NCBI RefSeq assembly: GCF_009914755.1
Contig: NC_060930.1
Length of the DNA: 64,000 nt
DNA from: the human T2T-CHM13v2.0 reference genome, Homo sapiens
Strand: one strand, 5' to 3'
Shown: positions 1 through 46,825 of the stretch, in pieces
Layout of the letters: each line of letters begins with the position of its first letter
How positions within the stretch are numbered: position 1 is the stretch's first letter
Program-made: the position numbers and the translations under genes
Notes under the pieces: model-generated
Database searches by the model: none
What the model was told of the DNA's origin: nothing
The model's input: the letters and a program-made list of their open reading frames with translations, nothing else

Positions 1-121
1 TTAATGTAATTACATGTATCTGCATATATGTTTTCATGTGTGTGATAATGTTTAGCAGTAGAGTAGAAATACATATTAATATTGTTCTTTGAAAAATTGG
101 GGGTATTTTCTTTCTGTTTAG

Positions 122-30599
<30,478 letters not shown>

Positions 30600-30889
30600 T
30601 TTGCAGTTATTCGTAATGTCAGATACCACCTATAAAATATATTGGACTGTTATACTCTTGAATCCCTGTGGAAATCTACATTTGAAGACAACATCACTCT
30701 GAAGTGTTATCAGCAAAAAAAATTCAGTAGATTATCTTTAAAAGAAAACTGTAAAAATAGCAACCACTTATGGCACTGTATATATTGTAGACTTGTTTTC
30801 TCTGTTTTATGCTCTTGTGTAATCTACTTGACATCATTTTACTCTTGGAATAGTGGGTGGATAGCAAGTATATTCTAAAAAACTTTGTA

Positions 30890-30895
30890 AATAAA
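30890..30895 (+). terminator. TTK polyadenylation signal AATAAA (3'UTR ~30600-30920)
   Basis: AATAAA ~290 nt after the stop, followed by GU/U-rich gttgtaaggttgttttcttt. Confidence 0.8.
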
Positions 30896-31349
30896 GTTTT
30901 GTGGCTAAAATGACACTAACATTTCAAAGTTGTAAGGTTGTTTTCTTTAAGCAAATGTATTGTTGGCATGGCAGCAAAATTCTTAATTAGTAAAAAGTAG
31001 ATTAGGGAAGATGTGAGACTAGACCTTAGTAAATGAACTTTGAAAAACAAATCCTGAAGGGTTTGAATTCCAAAATAGACTTCCTAATTATTTCCGGCAC
31101 CGATAACAGTCTATAATTTTAGGACTGAACTTGGCTCTTTCAGATATTCATAACGTCTGTTGTTTTTGGTATTTAGAATATCATGCTGGATTCTGTGTTG
31201 TAAGCTGTATAGGGCATGCCCTCACTGTATGACTTGCTAGGTAATGGATAATTGTAAATGTGGCCCCAGAGTCTCTTGACTGAATCTGATAGCTTAAAGT
31301 ATCCTCACATAGCATCCTTTTCTCAATTTTTAAAAAAAGATTTTAAGAG

Positions 31350-32440
31350 ATTTTATTTTTTATAGCAGTTTTAAGTTCACAGCAAAATTGACCAGAACGT
31401 ACAGAGTTCCCATGTATCCTTTCCCCACCCCACCCCCACACATGTATAACTTCCCTTGCTATCAGCATCCACCATATCAACATTCCACACCACAATGGTA
31501 CATTTATCACAGTCCGTAAACCTACCTTAACATATTATCACCCAAAGTCCATAGTTTATATTGGGGTTCACTCTTGGTATTGTATATTCTTTAGGTTTTG
31601 ATAAATATTTAATGACATTTATCTACCATTGTAACATGATACAGAATAGTTTCACTGTCTTGAAAGTCCTCTGTTCTTTGTCCCTTCATCCTTCCCTCTA
31701 CCCTAATGCCTGGGAACCACTGATCTTTTTACTATCTCTGTAGTTTTACTTTTCCAGAATGTGACCGTCACGTAAGTGGAATCATACAGTCTATAGCCTC
31801 TTCAGATTGGCTTCTTTCACTTAGCAACATGTCTTTTTATGGCTTGCTAGCTTATTTCTTTTTAGCACTAGTTAATATTCTATTGTCTGGATGTTCCACA
31901 GTTTATCTCTTTATCTGCTGAAAGATACCGTGGTTGCTTCCAAATTTGGGGAATTGTGAATAAACTTGCTATGTGCATGCTTTTGTCTGGACCTAATTTT
32001 TTTTAGCTCTTTTGGCTAAATACTCCTTTGGGACCAAGGAGTTTAACTGCTAAAATCTATGTAAGAGTGTTTAGTTGTGTAAGAAAGCACCAAACTGTCT
32101 TCCAAAGTGGTTGTACTGTTTTGCGTTTTCACCAGCAATGTTTCAGAGTTCCTGTGGCTCCATATCCTTTCCAGCATTTGATGTCTGTGTTTTGGATATG
32201 GGGCATTCTAATGGGTTGGTAGGGGTATCTCATTTTAATTTGCATTTCCCTAATGACATGATTTTGAGCATCTCATTTCTATATGCTCATTTGCATCTGT
32301 GTATCTTCTTTTGCCCATTTTTAAATTGGTTCATTTTCTTATTGAGGTTTAAGAGTTTTGTGTATTTTGAATAACAGTCCTTTATCAGATGTCTTTTGCA
32401 CATATATTCTCCCACTTGTGGCATTTCTTCTCATTCTCTT
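31350..32440 (-). mobile_element. L1MA/MB 3' region
   Basis: aagtggaatcatacagt...ttggcttctttcacttagc, ccaaactgtcttccaaagtggttgtac. Confidence 0.85.
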
Positions 32441-32759
32441 CATTCCCAAATTTGTAACTATGGTTATTAGTTTTCAGAATTATTGGTTTTAAGTTAATGT
32501 AGTGTAATAGGTAAGTAGTAAGCTTAAACAGGAATTCTGCAAACCACACTTATAGAGAAAACATGGTAAAAATTCAACTTGGAAGTCAGGCATTTGTCTA
32601 CATGTGTTCATTGAGAATACTGTTGATTTTTTTCTTTTTAAAATTATCTTGAAATTTAATGTGCATATAAACAATTTTTTTTAATACTTGTTTAGAGTTA
32701 GAAATTCTCTTATGGGGAAAAGCATCGTTTTGTCTATTGCTTCAATGGGTTCTTGATGA

Positions 32760-32916
32760 AAGTGTCTTGTTTGTTTTACAATTACTAACCTATAGTCAGA
32801 ATCAGTTAATGTTTTGAAAATACATTTTTAGGAAAGCATTGGCTACTTTTTGCCCTTGGAGTTTTCATATCAATTTTATCAGTTCATTAAATTCCACACA
32901 CAAAATAATCATGTTG
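32760..32916 (+). repeat. Local ~150-bp duplicate of 33724-33872
   Basis: cctatagtcagaatcagttaatg...tcatatcaattttatcagttca.taaattcca.acacaaaataatcatgttg present twice. Confidence 0.9.
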
Positions 32917-33873
32917 TGATTATTTTGTGTGTGGAATATTATCTTTGTCTTTGTACTAGTCATGGTACTTGAGGGAAAAAAAGCAAGCATATGAGGTTTC
33001 CTATAATGGCGTCTTCCAAAGATGGATTTCCAAATGCAGAGAAGATTTTTGCTTGCTTATACCAGATCCCAGAGGCTTACCTAGGGCTAGAATATTCCAA
33101 GTTCAAAGCTTGAGGTTCTCAGAACCAGGTGATGCAAAATCAGGTTAAAATCCACTTGGTTTATTTCTAGAGGACACTTGTCCAGGGAGGTCAGCCCTTC
33201 TGGTTCCAGCTTAAAGCAAATGTCAGGTGTGTCTTTCCTCCTTAGGAAGTTCCTGGATTTTGAGTCGTTTATCATACTCTACCAGGTTGCCAAACCTATA
33301 CCTCAGTTTCACAGATGTTTCTTCTAAAGACAAATGCTCTGTTGTGCTTACCTCTCTGGGTTCTCATCTTCATTAATGTTTGGATTCCATAATTTCCCAC
33401 TAATTTGAAAAACTAAAATTCATGCCAATTTATATTCCCACTATCAGTATTAAGAACTCATTGGTCTACATACAACATCTTTTATACTTAATATTGTCAG
33501 AATTTAAAGGTTTTTGCTGTCTCATAGGTATAAAATAGTATTTTTGCAGTGTCTTTAATTTTTTGTTTAGCAATGAGGGTGGGCATTTTGCCATATGTTT
33601 ATTGACCATTCTTTTTTGTTTTTTTTTTTTCTTTCTATCACTGAAAAGCCAGGTTCTTACTCTCTGGTATTCATATGTTTCATGTCATATTTATTTTTGT
33701 ATTACCTTTTTTTATTTCTTTATAAGTGTTCTTTGTATTACAATTACCTATAGTCAGAATCAGTTAATGTGTTGAATATACTTTTAGGAGAGTATCGGCT
33801 ATTTTTGGCCCCTTGAGCATTCATATCAATTTTATCAGTTCAGTAAATTCCATACACAAAATAATCATGTTGA

Positions 33874-34205
33874 GGCCAGGCATGGTGGTGGCTCATGCTA
33901 GGAATCCCAACAATTTGAGAGGTTGAGGCAGGGAGAGTCCTTGAGGCCAGGAGTTTGAGACCAACATGGGCTACATAATCAGATCCATTAGTTGCAAAAA
34001 ATGAAAATAAAAAACAATTAGCTGGGTGTGGTGGTGCAGCATATCTATAGTCCTACCTTTTTGGGAGTCTGAGGCAGGAGGATCAGTTGAGTCCAGGAGT
34101 TTGAGGCTGCAATGAGCTATGATTATGCCACAGCACTCCAGCCTGGGTGACAGAGTGAGCTCCTGCCTCCAGGAGGTAAATACAAAAAATACAATAAATA
34201 AAATA
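33874..34205 (+). mobile_element. Alu (J-like) with degenerate TSD aatcat..gag
   Basis: ggccaggcatggtgg...tgaggccaggagtttgaga...cactccagcctgggtgacagag. Confidence 0.9.
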
Positions 34206-35063
34206 ATTTTAAAAATCATATCGAGATTGTATTTATAGTTTCATAGAACATTTAGGTCATTTAGAGATAATTGCCATTTTATGATATGAGTCTTCCTATC
34301 AATGAACATGATATAGTTCTCAATTTATTTAGGTCTTCTCTTACAATTCAATAAACTTTATACTTTTTTTATACAGGTCTTTCACATCTTTTGTCGGCTT
34401 TATTACAAAAGCTCTGTTGCTGTTGTAAATAGTATCTTTTAAAAATTACCTTTCTTAATTTTCTGTTCTTTTATAGCACCATAATTGGTTTTTTAATTTA
34501 ATTTTATTTTTGCAATTCATCAGGGAGTGTAATTGATTTTTGCGTATTGAACTTAACAGCTAGCCACCTTGCTAAGATTTTTATTTTCCTAATTAACCTA
34601 AAGGTTCCAGGGTTTTCTATATAAATAGTCATCACATGTAGGATCATCACATCAGACATAGGGGTGCTCCATTTGTTTATTACTAAATTATGTTCCTTTT
34701 TCTTCTTTCTTTTTTTGAGTGCACTAATATATTTTAATATTGAATGAAAATAGTGATAGTGCTAGTTGTTGATTTTAAAGGAGATGATTTTAGTGTTTCA
34801 CTATTCAATTGGTTCTTGCTTGAGGTTTTTGGAATACACCCTTATTCATGTTAAGAAAGTGTCTTTCTATTTTACTGAAAGGTTTTTTCTAAGTAAAAGA
34901 AGGTTATTATTTTTATCACTTAGTTTAATTCATCTATTGGGATAATATATTCTTCCCTCTTTTAAATTGTTAAGGTAGTGAATGGCATAGATTGTTCTAA
35001 TGTCAACTCTCTTGTGAATTCTGGAGTAAGTCCAACTTTCGTATTATCTTTTTAATATGCTAA

Positions 35064-35900
35064 TGTACCAGCTTGCTCTTACTATGTAAAGAACCACTTC
35101 AAAACTTAGTATTTTAAAACAACAGGTATTTGTTATTTTTCAGGATTATCTGAGTTGGTTGTTTTTTATGTTGGAGCTGGCGCAGCTGGTCTGCTGATCC
35201 AGGATGGCCTCACTCACGAGTGGAACTTCAGCAGGAATAACTGAGATGACTGGGATCATCAGGGTCTTGGTATAGATGGGGTTCTCTGGAAGCAGATTCT
35301 GGGATGGAATTTGAGGTGCAAGATGTTTATTAGGAACCAATACCTGTGAAAGAAAAGGAGAAAAAGGATTGTTGCAGAGGGAGAAGTTGAACTGTGATGC
35401 AGGCTTCACGAAGACTTGGCACACTTTGTAGGGAGCTCTGGAGTGAACATTGCCCATGTGTGGTGTCCATTGTCAGGCTGAAATGGCCAGTCTTTATACA
35501 CACACCTCATTCACAAGGGTGTGACCTCTGCTGCTGAGGTGGACCCTGAGGAACTGACAGCTGAAGACTGCTGACCACCTTTCCTACAGCTGGACAACCA
35601 GACCTTCTTTGAAGGGAAATTGGGCAACAAATCTCCATGTCTACCACAGCCTTCTCTCCAGGAGGTTAACCCTGACTCGTTGTTCCTATGGTGGCAGAAG
35701 GGTTTGTAGCATAAAGATAGGGCAAGCATAATGTGCAAGTACATTCCAAACATCTACTAACCTTTTATTTGCTAATGTCTCATTGGCCAAAGCAGTCAGA
35801 TAGTCAATATCAGATTCAAAGCTTGGACAGACAGACTTCACCTCTTAATGGGAGAAGTGACAGTCATATTGTAAAGGAGTGTGCCTACATGGACAGGAAG
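35064..35900. mobile_element. MLT1-like MaLR LTR with a nested ERVL-type (LTR16-like) LTR at ~35270-35647
   Basis: aaccacttcaaaacttagt...aaacaaca and ctcattggccaaagca...cacctcttaatgggagaag flank gggttctctggaagcagattctg...ctaccaca. Confidence 0.55.
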
Positions 35901-36334
35901 AATTTGTAAGTATATTTTTGTAATTGCTAAACTCCTGGATTCATTTTTCTAATATATTGTTCGGAATTTTTGCATCTCTGTGAATGACACTGGCCTGTAA
36001 TTTTTCTTTTACATATTGATTTTCGGACTAGTTTTATAGAATGATTTGAGTAATATTTCTACAAAAAGTATCCTCTAGGAGAGTTTTGTAAAATTAGAAT
36101 CATCTCTTCTTTGCAAGGTTGGTAAGATTTACCTGTAGAACTATTTAGGCTTAATTTTTTTCTTTTGGAAATATTTTTACTGATATTATGGATTCAATTT
36201 CTTTAATAGCTATATAAAAACCAAGCTTTTGATTTCATTTTGAGATATTTTTGCTGTTTGATAGAAATTTCTCCATTTTGTCAAAATTTTTAAGTTATGT
36301 GGGGCAAAAGTTATGCACATGTTCTCAAATTAAC

Positions 36335-36453
36335 TTTTTTTTTTTTTTTCTAGTGGGAGAAGGAGGGTATTTATTTGCAGGCACCAAGCAGGGGGGCCCC
36401 GACGGTGCACACTTAAGTCCTGACCTCCCCGATGGCTGGCAGGTCAGGGTTTT
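36335..36453 (-). other. Candidate L1 3'-transduced segment (LTR-like, with its own AATAAA and A15 tail)
   Basis: On the minus strand: L1 A-rich tail, ~100 nt non-L1 sequence, AATAAA (36375-36370), then A15 (36349-36335). Confidence 0.7.
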
Positions 36454-36989
36454 GGTTTTGTTTTGTTTTTTTTCATTTTTATTACTATTTTTTAATATTA
36501 TACTTTAAGTTCTATGGTACATGTGTACAACATGCAGGTTTGATACATAGGTACACATGTGCCATGTTGGTTTGCACATCCATCAGCTCGTCATTTACAT
36601 CAGGTATTTCTCCTAATGCTGTCCCTCCCCCAGCCCCCCAATCCCTGACACGCCCCAGTGTGTGATGATCCCCACCCTGTGTCCAAGTGATCTCATTGTT
36701 CAGTTCTCACCTATGAGTGAGAAAATGTGGTGTTTGGTTTTCTGTCCTTGTGATAGTTTGCTCAGAATGATGGTTTCCAGCTTCATCCATGTCCCTGCAA
36801 AGGACATGAACTCACCCTTTTTATGGCTGCGTAATACTCCATGGTGTATATGTGCCACATTTTCTTAATGCAGTCTATCATTGATGGACATTTGGGTTGG
36901 TTCCAAGTCTTTGCTATTGTGAATAGTGCCACAGTAAACATACATGTATATGCGTCTTTATAGTAGCATGATTTATAATCTTTTGGGTA

Positions 36990-40812
<3,823 letters not shown>

Positions 40813-40875
40813 TATGACGTTAGCTGGTTATTTTGCTCGTCAGTTGATGCAGTTTCTTCCTAGCATTGATGGTCT

Positions 40876-41892
40876 TTACAATTTGGCTTGTTTTTGCAGT
40901 GGCTGGTACCAGTTGTTTCTTTCCATGTTTAGTGCTTCCTTCAAGAACTCTTTTAGGGCAGGCCTGGTGGTGACAAAATCTCTCAGCATTTGCTTGTCTG
41001 TAAAGGATTTTATTTCTCCTTCACTTATGAACTTAGTTTGGCTGGATATGAAATTCTGGGTTGAAAATTCTTTTCTTGAAGAATGTTGAATATTGGCCCC
41101 CACTCTCTTCTGGCTTGTAGAGTTTCTGCTGAGAGATCAGCTGTTAGTCTGATGTGCTTCCCTTTGTGGGTAACCCGACCTTTCTCTCTGGCTGCCCTTA
41201 ACATTTTTTCCTTCATTTCAACTTTGGTGAATCTGACAATTATGTGTCTTGGAGTTGCTCTTCTCGAGGAGTATCTTTGTGGCGTTCTCTGTATTTTCTG
41301 AATTTGAATGTTGGCCTGCCTTGATAGATTGGGGAAGTTCTCCTGGATAATACCCTGCAGAGTGTTTTCCAACTTGGTTCCATTCTCCCCATCACTTTCA
41401 GGTACACCAATCAGATGTAGATTTGGTCTTTTCACATAGTCCCATATTTCTTGGAGGCTTTGTTCATTTCTTTTTATTCTTTTTTCTCTAAACTTCTCTT
41501 CATGCTTCATTTCATTCATTTTGTCTTCCATCACTAATACCCCTTTCTTCCAGTTGATCTCCTCAGTTACTGAGGCTTGTGCATTTGTCACATAGTTCTT
41601 GTGCCGTGGTTTTCAGCTCCATCAGGTCCTTTAAGGACTTCTCTGCATTGGTTATTCTACTTATCTATTCGTCTAATTTTTTTTCAAAGTTTTTAACTTC
41701 TTTGCCGTTGGTTCGAACTTCCTCCTTTAGCTTGGAGTAGTTTGATCTTCTGAAGCCTTCCTCTCTCAACGAGTCAAAATTATTCTCCATCCAGCTTTGT
41801 TCTGTTGCTGGTGAGGAGCTGCGTTCCTTTGGAGGAGGAGAGGCACTCTGATTTTTAGAGTTTCCAGTTTTTCTGCTCTGTTTTTTCCCCAT
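40876..41892 (-). pseudogene. L1 ORF1p remnant (stops/frameshifts)
   Basis: ORF pieces 41665..41892, 41025..41591 and 40876..41103 are consecutive ORF1p segments. Confidence 0.92.
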
Positions 41893-42995
41893 CTTTGTGG
41901 TTTTATCTACCTTTGGTCTTTGATGATGGTGATGTACAGATGGATTTTTGGTGTGGATGTCCTTTCTGTTTGTTAGTTTTCCTTCTAACAGTCAGGAACC
42001 TCAGCTGCAGGTCTGTTGGAGTTTACTGGAGGTCCACTCCAGACCCTGTTTGCCTGGGTATCACCAGCGGTGGCTGCAGAACAGCGGATATTGGTGAACT
42101 GCAAATGCTGCTGCCTTATTGTTCCTCTGGATGTTTTGTCTCAGAGGAGTACCTGGCCATGTGAGGTGTCAGTCCACCCCTACTGGGGGGCACCTCCCAG
42201 TTGGGCTACTTGGGGCTCAGGGACCCACTTGAGGGGGCAGTCTGCCCGTTCTCAGATCTCCAGCTGTATGCTGGGAGAACCACTACTCTCTTCAAAGCTG
42301 TCAGACAGGGACATGTAAGTCTGCAGCGGTTATTGCTGTCTTTTGTTTGTCTGTGCCCTGTCCCCAGAGGTGGAGCCTACAGAGGCAGGCAGGCCTCCTT
42401 GAACTGTGGTGGGCTCCACCCAGTTTGAGCTTCCCGGCCACTTTGTTTACCTACTCAAGCCTGAGCAATGGCGGGCGCCCCTCCCCGAGCCTCGCTGCCG
42501 CTTTGCAGTTTGATCTCAGACTGCTGTGCTAGCAATGAGCAAGGCTCCGTGGGCGTAGGACCCTCCAAGCCAGGTGCGGGATATAATCTCCTGGTGTGTC
42601 ATTTATTAAGCTCATTGGAAAAGCGCAGTATTAGGGTGGCAGTGACCCAATTTTCCAGGTGCTGTCTGTCACCCCTTTCTTTGACTAGGAAAGGGAATTC
42701 CCTGACCCCTTGCGCTTCCTGGGTGAGGCAATGCCTCGTCCTGCTTCCGCTCACGTACGGTGCGCTGCACCCACTGTCCTGCACCCACTGTCTGGCACTC
42801 CCCAGTGAGATGAACCCAGTACCTCAGTTGGAAATGCAGAAATCACCCGTCTTCTGTGTCGCTCACGCTGGGAGCTGTAGACTGGAGCTGTTCCTATTCG
42901 TCCATCTTGGCTCCACCTAGCAATTTGTATTTTAACAAGCCTTCTGAGGAGAAGCCTCTTAACCACTGAGGAATATTATAAGCGGATTCATCTGC

Positions 42996-42998
<3 letters not shown>

Positions 42999-43027
<29 letters not shown>
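42999..43027. repeat. (AT)n microsatellite at Alu tail
   Basis: read directly. Confidence 0.9.
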
Positions 43028-43045
<18 letters not shown>

Positions 43046-43328
43046 TTTTTTTTGAGACAGGGTCTCCCTCTGTCACTCAGGCTAGAGTGGCGTGATCATT
43101 GCTCACTGTAGCCTGAGACTCTTGGGCTCAAGTGATCTTCCCGCCTCCCTCCTGAATAGCTGGGACTACAAGTGCACGCCACCATGCCTGACTAATTTTT
43201 AAATTTTTTTGTAGATATAAGGGTTCGCTTTGTTGCCCAGGCTGGTATTGAACTGCTGGGTTCAAGCAATCTTCCTGCCTCGCTTCCCAAAGTGCTGGAA
43301 TTACAGGCATGAGCCACTACACCTGGCT
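43028..43328 (-). mobile_element. Alu (J-like)
   Basis: T-run, gagacagggtctc ... cccaaagtgctggaattacaggcatgagccac. Confidence 0.92.
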
Positions 43329-43814
43329 CGGAAATCTTGAAGGGCTCCCCATTCTCTACAGGATTAAGTTCAAACATAATCCTGGACCTGGCTGGAATTT
43401 TCAAGGCCCCCCAGAACTGTATTAGCTTTTGTTCTTCTGCATTTCCTTTGCACCAGTCGGATTCCTTGTTCTCTAATGTTCCTGCCCTCCCAGGACACCT
43501 CCTTCCATGCTCTTCATACTTACTCATATACTATACATCTGCAGCAGCATAAGCCAAGGCTTACTTCCAAGCCCAGCCCAGAGTTTTCTTCTTCTGAACT
43601 TATTATTGTCTTATGCATTTATATGGTCTAATGCATCATTTAGCACCTATTCACTTTACCTTGCAATGAAAATCATTATTTTATGTCTGTGGATCTAGAT
43701 TCCCCATAGGAATAGGGTGTCTAACAGATATTCTTTCCCTTTTGTTTGTTTCTTTTAATCAAAATGTCACCATTTTTAAAAAATCAACATGTTTGAGCAT
43801 TTATTGTTTACAAA

Positions 43815-43992
43815 GATGTTTCCCAAACATGCCTGGTGATAGGAATACTTGGGTACTTGACCAAACCATGGATTCTCAGAGCCCTCCACTGACGATTCCA
43901 AATTTAGAAGGCCTATGGTAGGGCTTTGGGAATCTATATTTTCCACAAATGCACCAGGTATTCTTATTATCGGGCCAGTTTTGGAAACACTG
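43815..43992. mobile_element. MER5-like DNA transposon
   Basis: ggaatctatattttccacaaatgcaccaggtattctt...agttttggaaacactg. Confidence 0.6.
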
Positions 43993-44410
43993 ATATAGGG
44001 TATAAGGAAGTAATCGGGTATTGTGAGTGTAATACAAAGAGATTTAATGTTATAAAACATCAAGAAGCATATAATCTTTATGGGGAATCTAGAATGAAAA
44101 TCTTTTTTATCCTGTCTGACTCTGTGAGCTGAGAGGTTTTGACATTCATGAATCACTAAGAGCCAGGGAATTTTCTCCCTGAATCCTACATTGCAGAATT
44201 CCCTAAGAGGGCAATCTTGTTTTTAAAATGGTGTCATTCAGACCAACCGGTGTCATTTTGTAGATAAAGAAACTGAGCCCAGAAAGTTTAACAATTTGAC
44301 CAAGAGTAGATTGCTGTTTATTGTCAGAGATGAGTATAAATCTGACTCAACATTCTATGCCTCTTAAAATATATATATATTTTATTATATATATTATAAA
44401 TATTATATAT

Positions 44411-44762
<352 letters not shown>

Positions 44763-45039
44763 TTAAAAACAAATATATTTTTAAAAAGTCATGTCTTATG
44801 AATATTTTATGTAAAGACAAGAATAATACATAACTTGATCCCAAACTTTAAGAAGTGATATCTAATTTTTTTAAAAAAGTGTTAATAACTGAGATAAATG
44901 GAAATAATGATGTAAAAGCAACTATCACAGTGACTGGAGTATACTTGGCATTAATATCTGTCTATTCTCCTGGTCTTTGAATTATGAATTCAGACCCTAA
45001 CCTGAAAGTTCATTCATTTTCATTGTTTTAATAATTAAG

Positions 45040-45620
45040 CACATTCATTGGCTTTAGAATTATTCAGATTAGAGTTTGAATCCTGGTCCTGTTACACACT
45101 GTGTAATTTTGTTCATAATTATTTAATATCTAATATTAATACTTAATAAATATGTTCATAGTTATGTATTTATCTCTTTAAGCCTAGGTTTCCTTACCTC
45201 AAAGTGGTAATAATAATGCCTTGCATGATTGCCCTGAAGATTAAACGTAGTTTAGTGATGCTTGGAAAATGCTAAGCGCAATGTCAGACATTTAGTACGT
45301 ACTCAATTAATGAATTACTGTATTATTGATTTTCAGCAACACTTTAGTCTGAAGAGTACCTTCTTATAAAGAGGAAATAATGGAAAGAGTGATACCTGAG
45401 CCAACTACCTGACTGAATCCTAGAACCACCACTTAATACTTGTGGGATCCTGGAAATGTTATTTAACTGCTCCATGCCTCAGTTATTACCTCTATTTTAC
45501 AGATGAAGACCTTGTACCTAACTCATGGGGTCATTGTGGAAAGTGAATAAGTTAGTATATAAAAAGTGCTTAGCTCAGTGCCTGACACAACATAAATATT
45601 CAATAATATTTGTTATCGTT
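45040..45620 (+). mobile_element. Two MIR fragments
   Basis: gagtttgaatcctgg...gaagattaaa; ccatgcctcagtt...aagtgcttagctcagtgcctgacaca. Confidence 0.55.
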
Positions 45621-46229
45621 AATTATCTCTTTCTATGCACTTACTGGCCTTCATATTTTCTAACTCTGAAGAGATTATCTCTTTCTGTTGGCAAGACTGA
45701 ACTGAGAACACTCTTTTCTTTTTGTCTGTCTATTTCTAGGACACTTTTAAGTTTGTCATTCATCTCTGCATTTCTGCCTCTTAAGGTTGGAGGACCCTTT
45801 GCTCAATGGTCAGAAAATAAACAATTAGGCATAAGAGAAATGGCCAACAGGAAGGGAACAGGAAGAACACTGGCAATATATTAGTTTAGAGCAATTTTGA
45901 AAATTAAAAAAAAAACTAGAGAAAATAGTAGAAACTACCAAAAAAAGAGTTAATAATGATCTAGAAGACTAGAAACTATGCTAAAATCCCTTGAAACTAG
46001 TCCCCTTTTCCTAACATGAGAAGAAAGTAATGTAGCATCTTTCTACTAGCCCAGAGATAAATTCTTTTATCCTTCCTTTCTTCCTTCTGGATTTTCCATA
46101 GTTAGCTCTAGAAATTCTCATTCTGGTCTACTTACCTATTGATACAATCCTGTCCTCACTAGTCCTTTAGGTGAAGCTCTTGCCGCAATCATCTTTCCAG
46201 AGCATTGCACGTACTGCTTCCCATTTTTG

Positions 46230-46639
46230 TGTGCACTGCAGCAGACACTAACTGCCTTCCCAGTAGCCTTTCCCCATCTGTCCAGGGGCAGAGATCTGCT
46301 TCTGCAGGAGTATCCATCACTTCCCTGTGGGATTCAGACAAGGCTGGCTCTATTCCCAGTTCAAGCGGTCAGTCCTGATTGGCTTAAATGCATCGTGGTG
46401 GCCTCATTGTCCTGCCAGTGATTGGTTTAGGCACGGGCATATATCTTAATTCTAGCCAATGAAAGATGAAGAATAGTATGCCAGGGGACTATAGGAAATA
46501 GATCTTTATTCTTAAAAATAAATTCATGGGAAGTAGTCCCTACTCGATGTAGTTATGCCTGCATTTGATATCATGAACTGCGGTAGCTTTCCTGCAACTA
46601 TGAGGAGAACTAAGAGTAGGAGGGCAAAGCAAAAGGATG

Positions 46640-46674
<35 letters not shown>

Positions 46675-46825
46675 ATCCCTGGTGATGTAAAGCATGAAGT
46701 GATCCAATCCTGAAGCCATCTTACCTTGAGAGTTCTTGTTAGATAGGATAATAAATTTTCCTTATTATTTATGCCAAGTTGAATTGTATGTTATCTGTTA
46801 TTTGTAGTTACAAGTACCCTAAATA
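46230..46825. mobile_element. MLT1-like MaLR LTR containing (AT)n at ~46643-46672
   Basis: attggtttaggcacgggcat...ctagccaatga; ttatctgttatttgtagttacaag..ccctaaataca. Confidence 0.55.

Larger units (their letters stand above)
33400..36330 (-). mobile_element. Old fragmented L1M interrupted by an Alu and LTRs
   Basis: tgagtcttcctatcaatgaacatg, tatttaggtcttct, tttttgcatct; boundaries approximate. Confidence 0.55.

Noticed and set aside
42016-42920. Plus-strand ORFs in the L1 5'UTR (ORF0-like)
   Set aside because: Generic antisense L1 frames; I could not verify an intact ORF0 by eye
42918-42934. caatttgtatttt as the L1 TSD partner of caaattaactttt
   Set aside because: Only 9/13 identical in AT-rich sequence, too diverged for an element of this age
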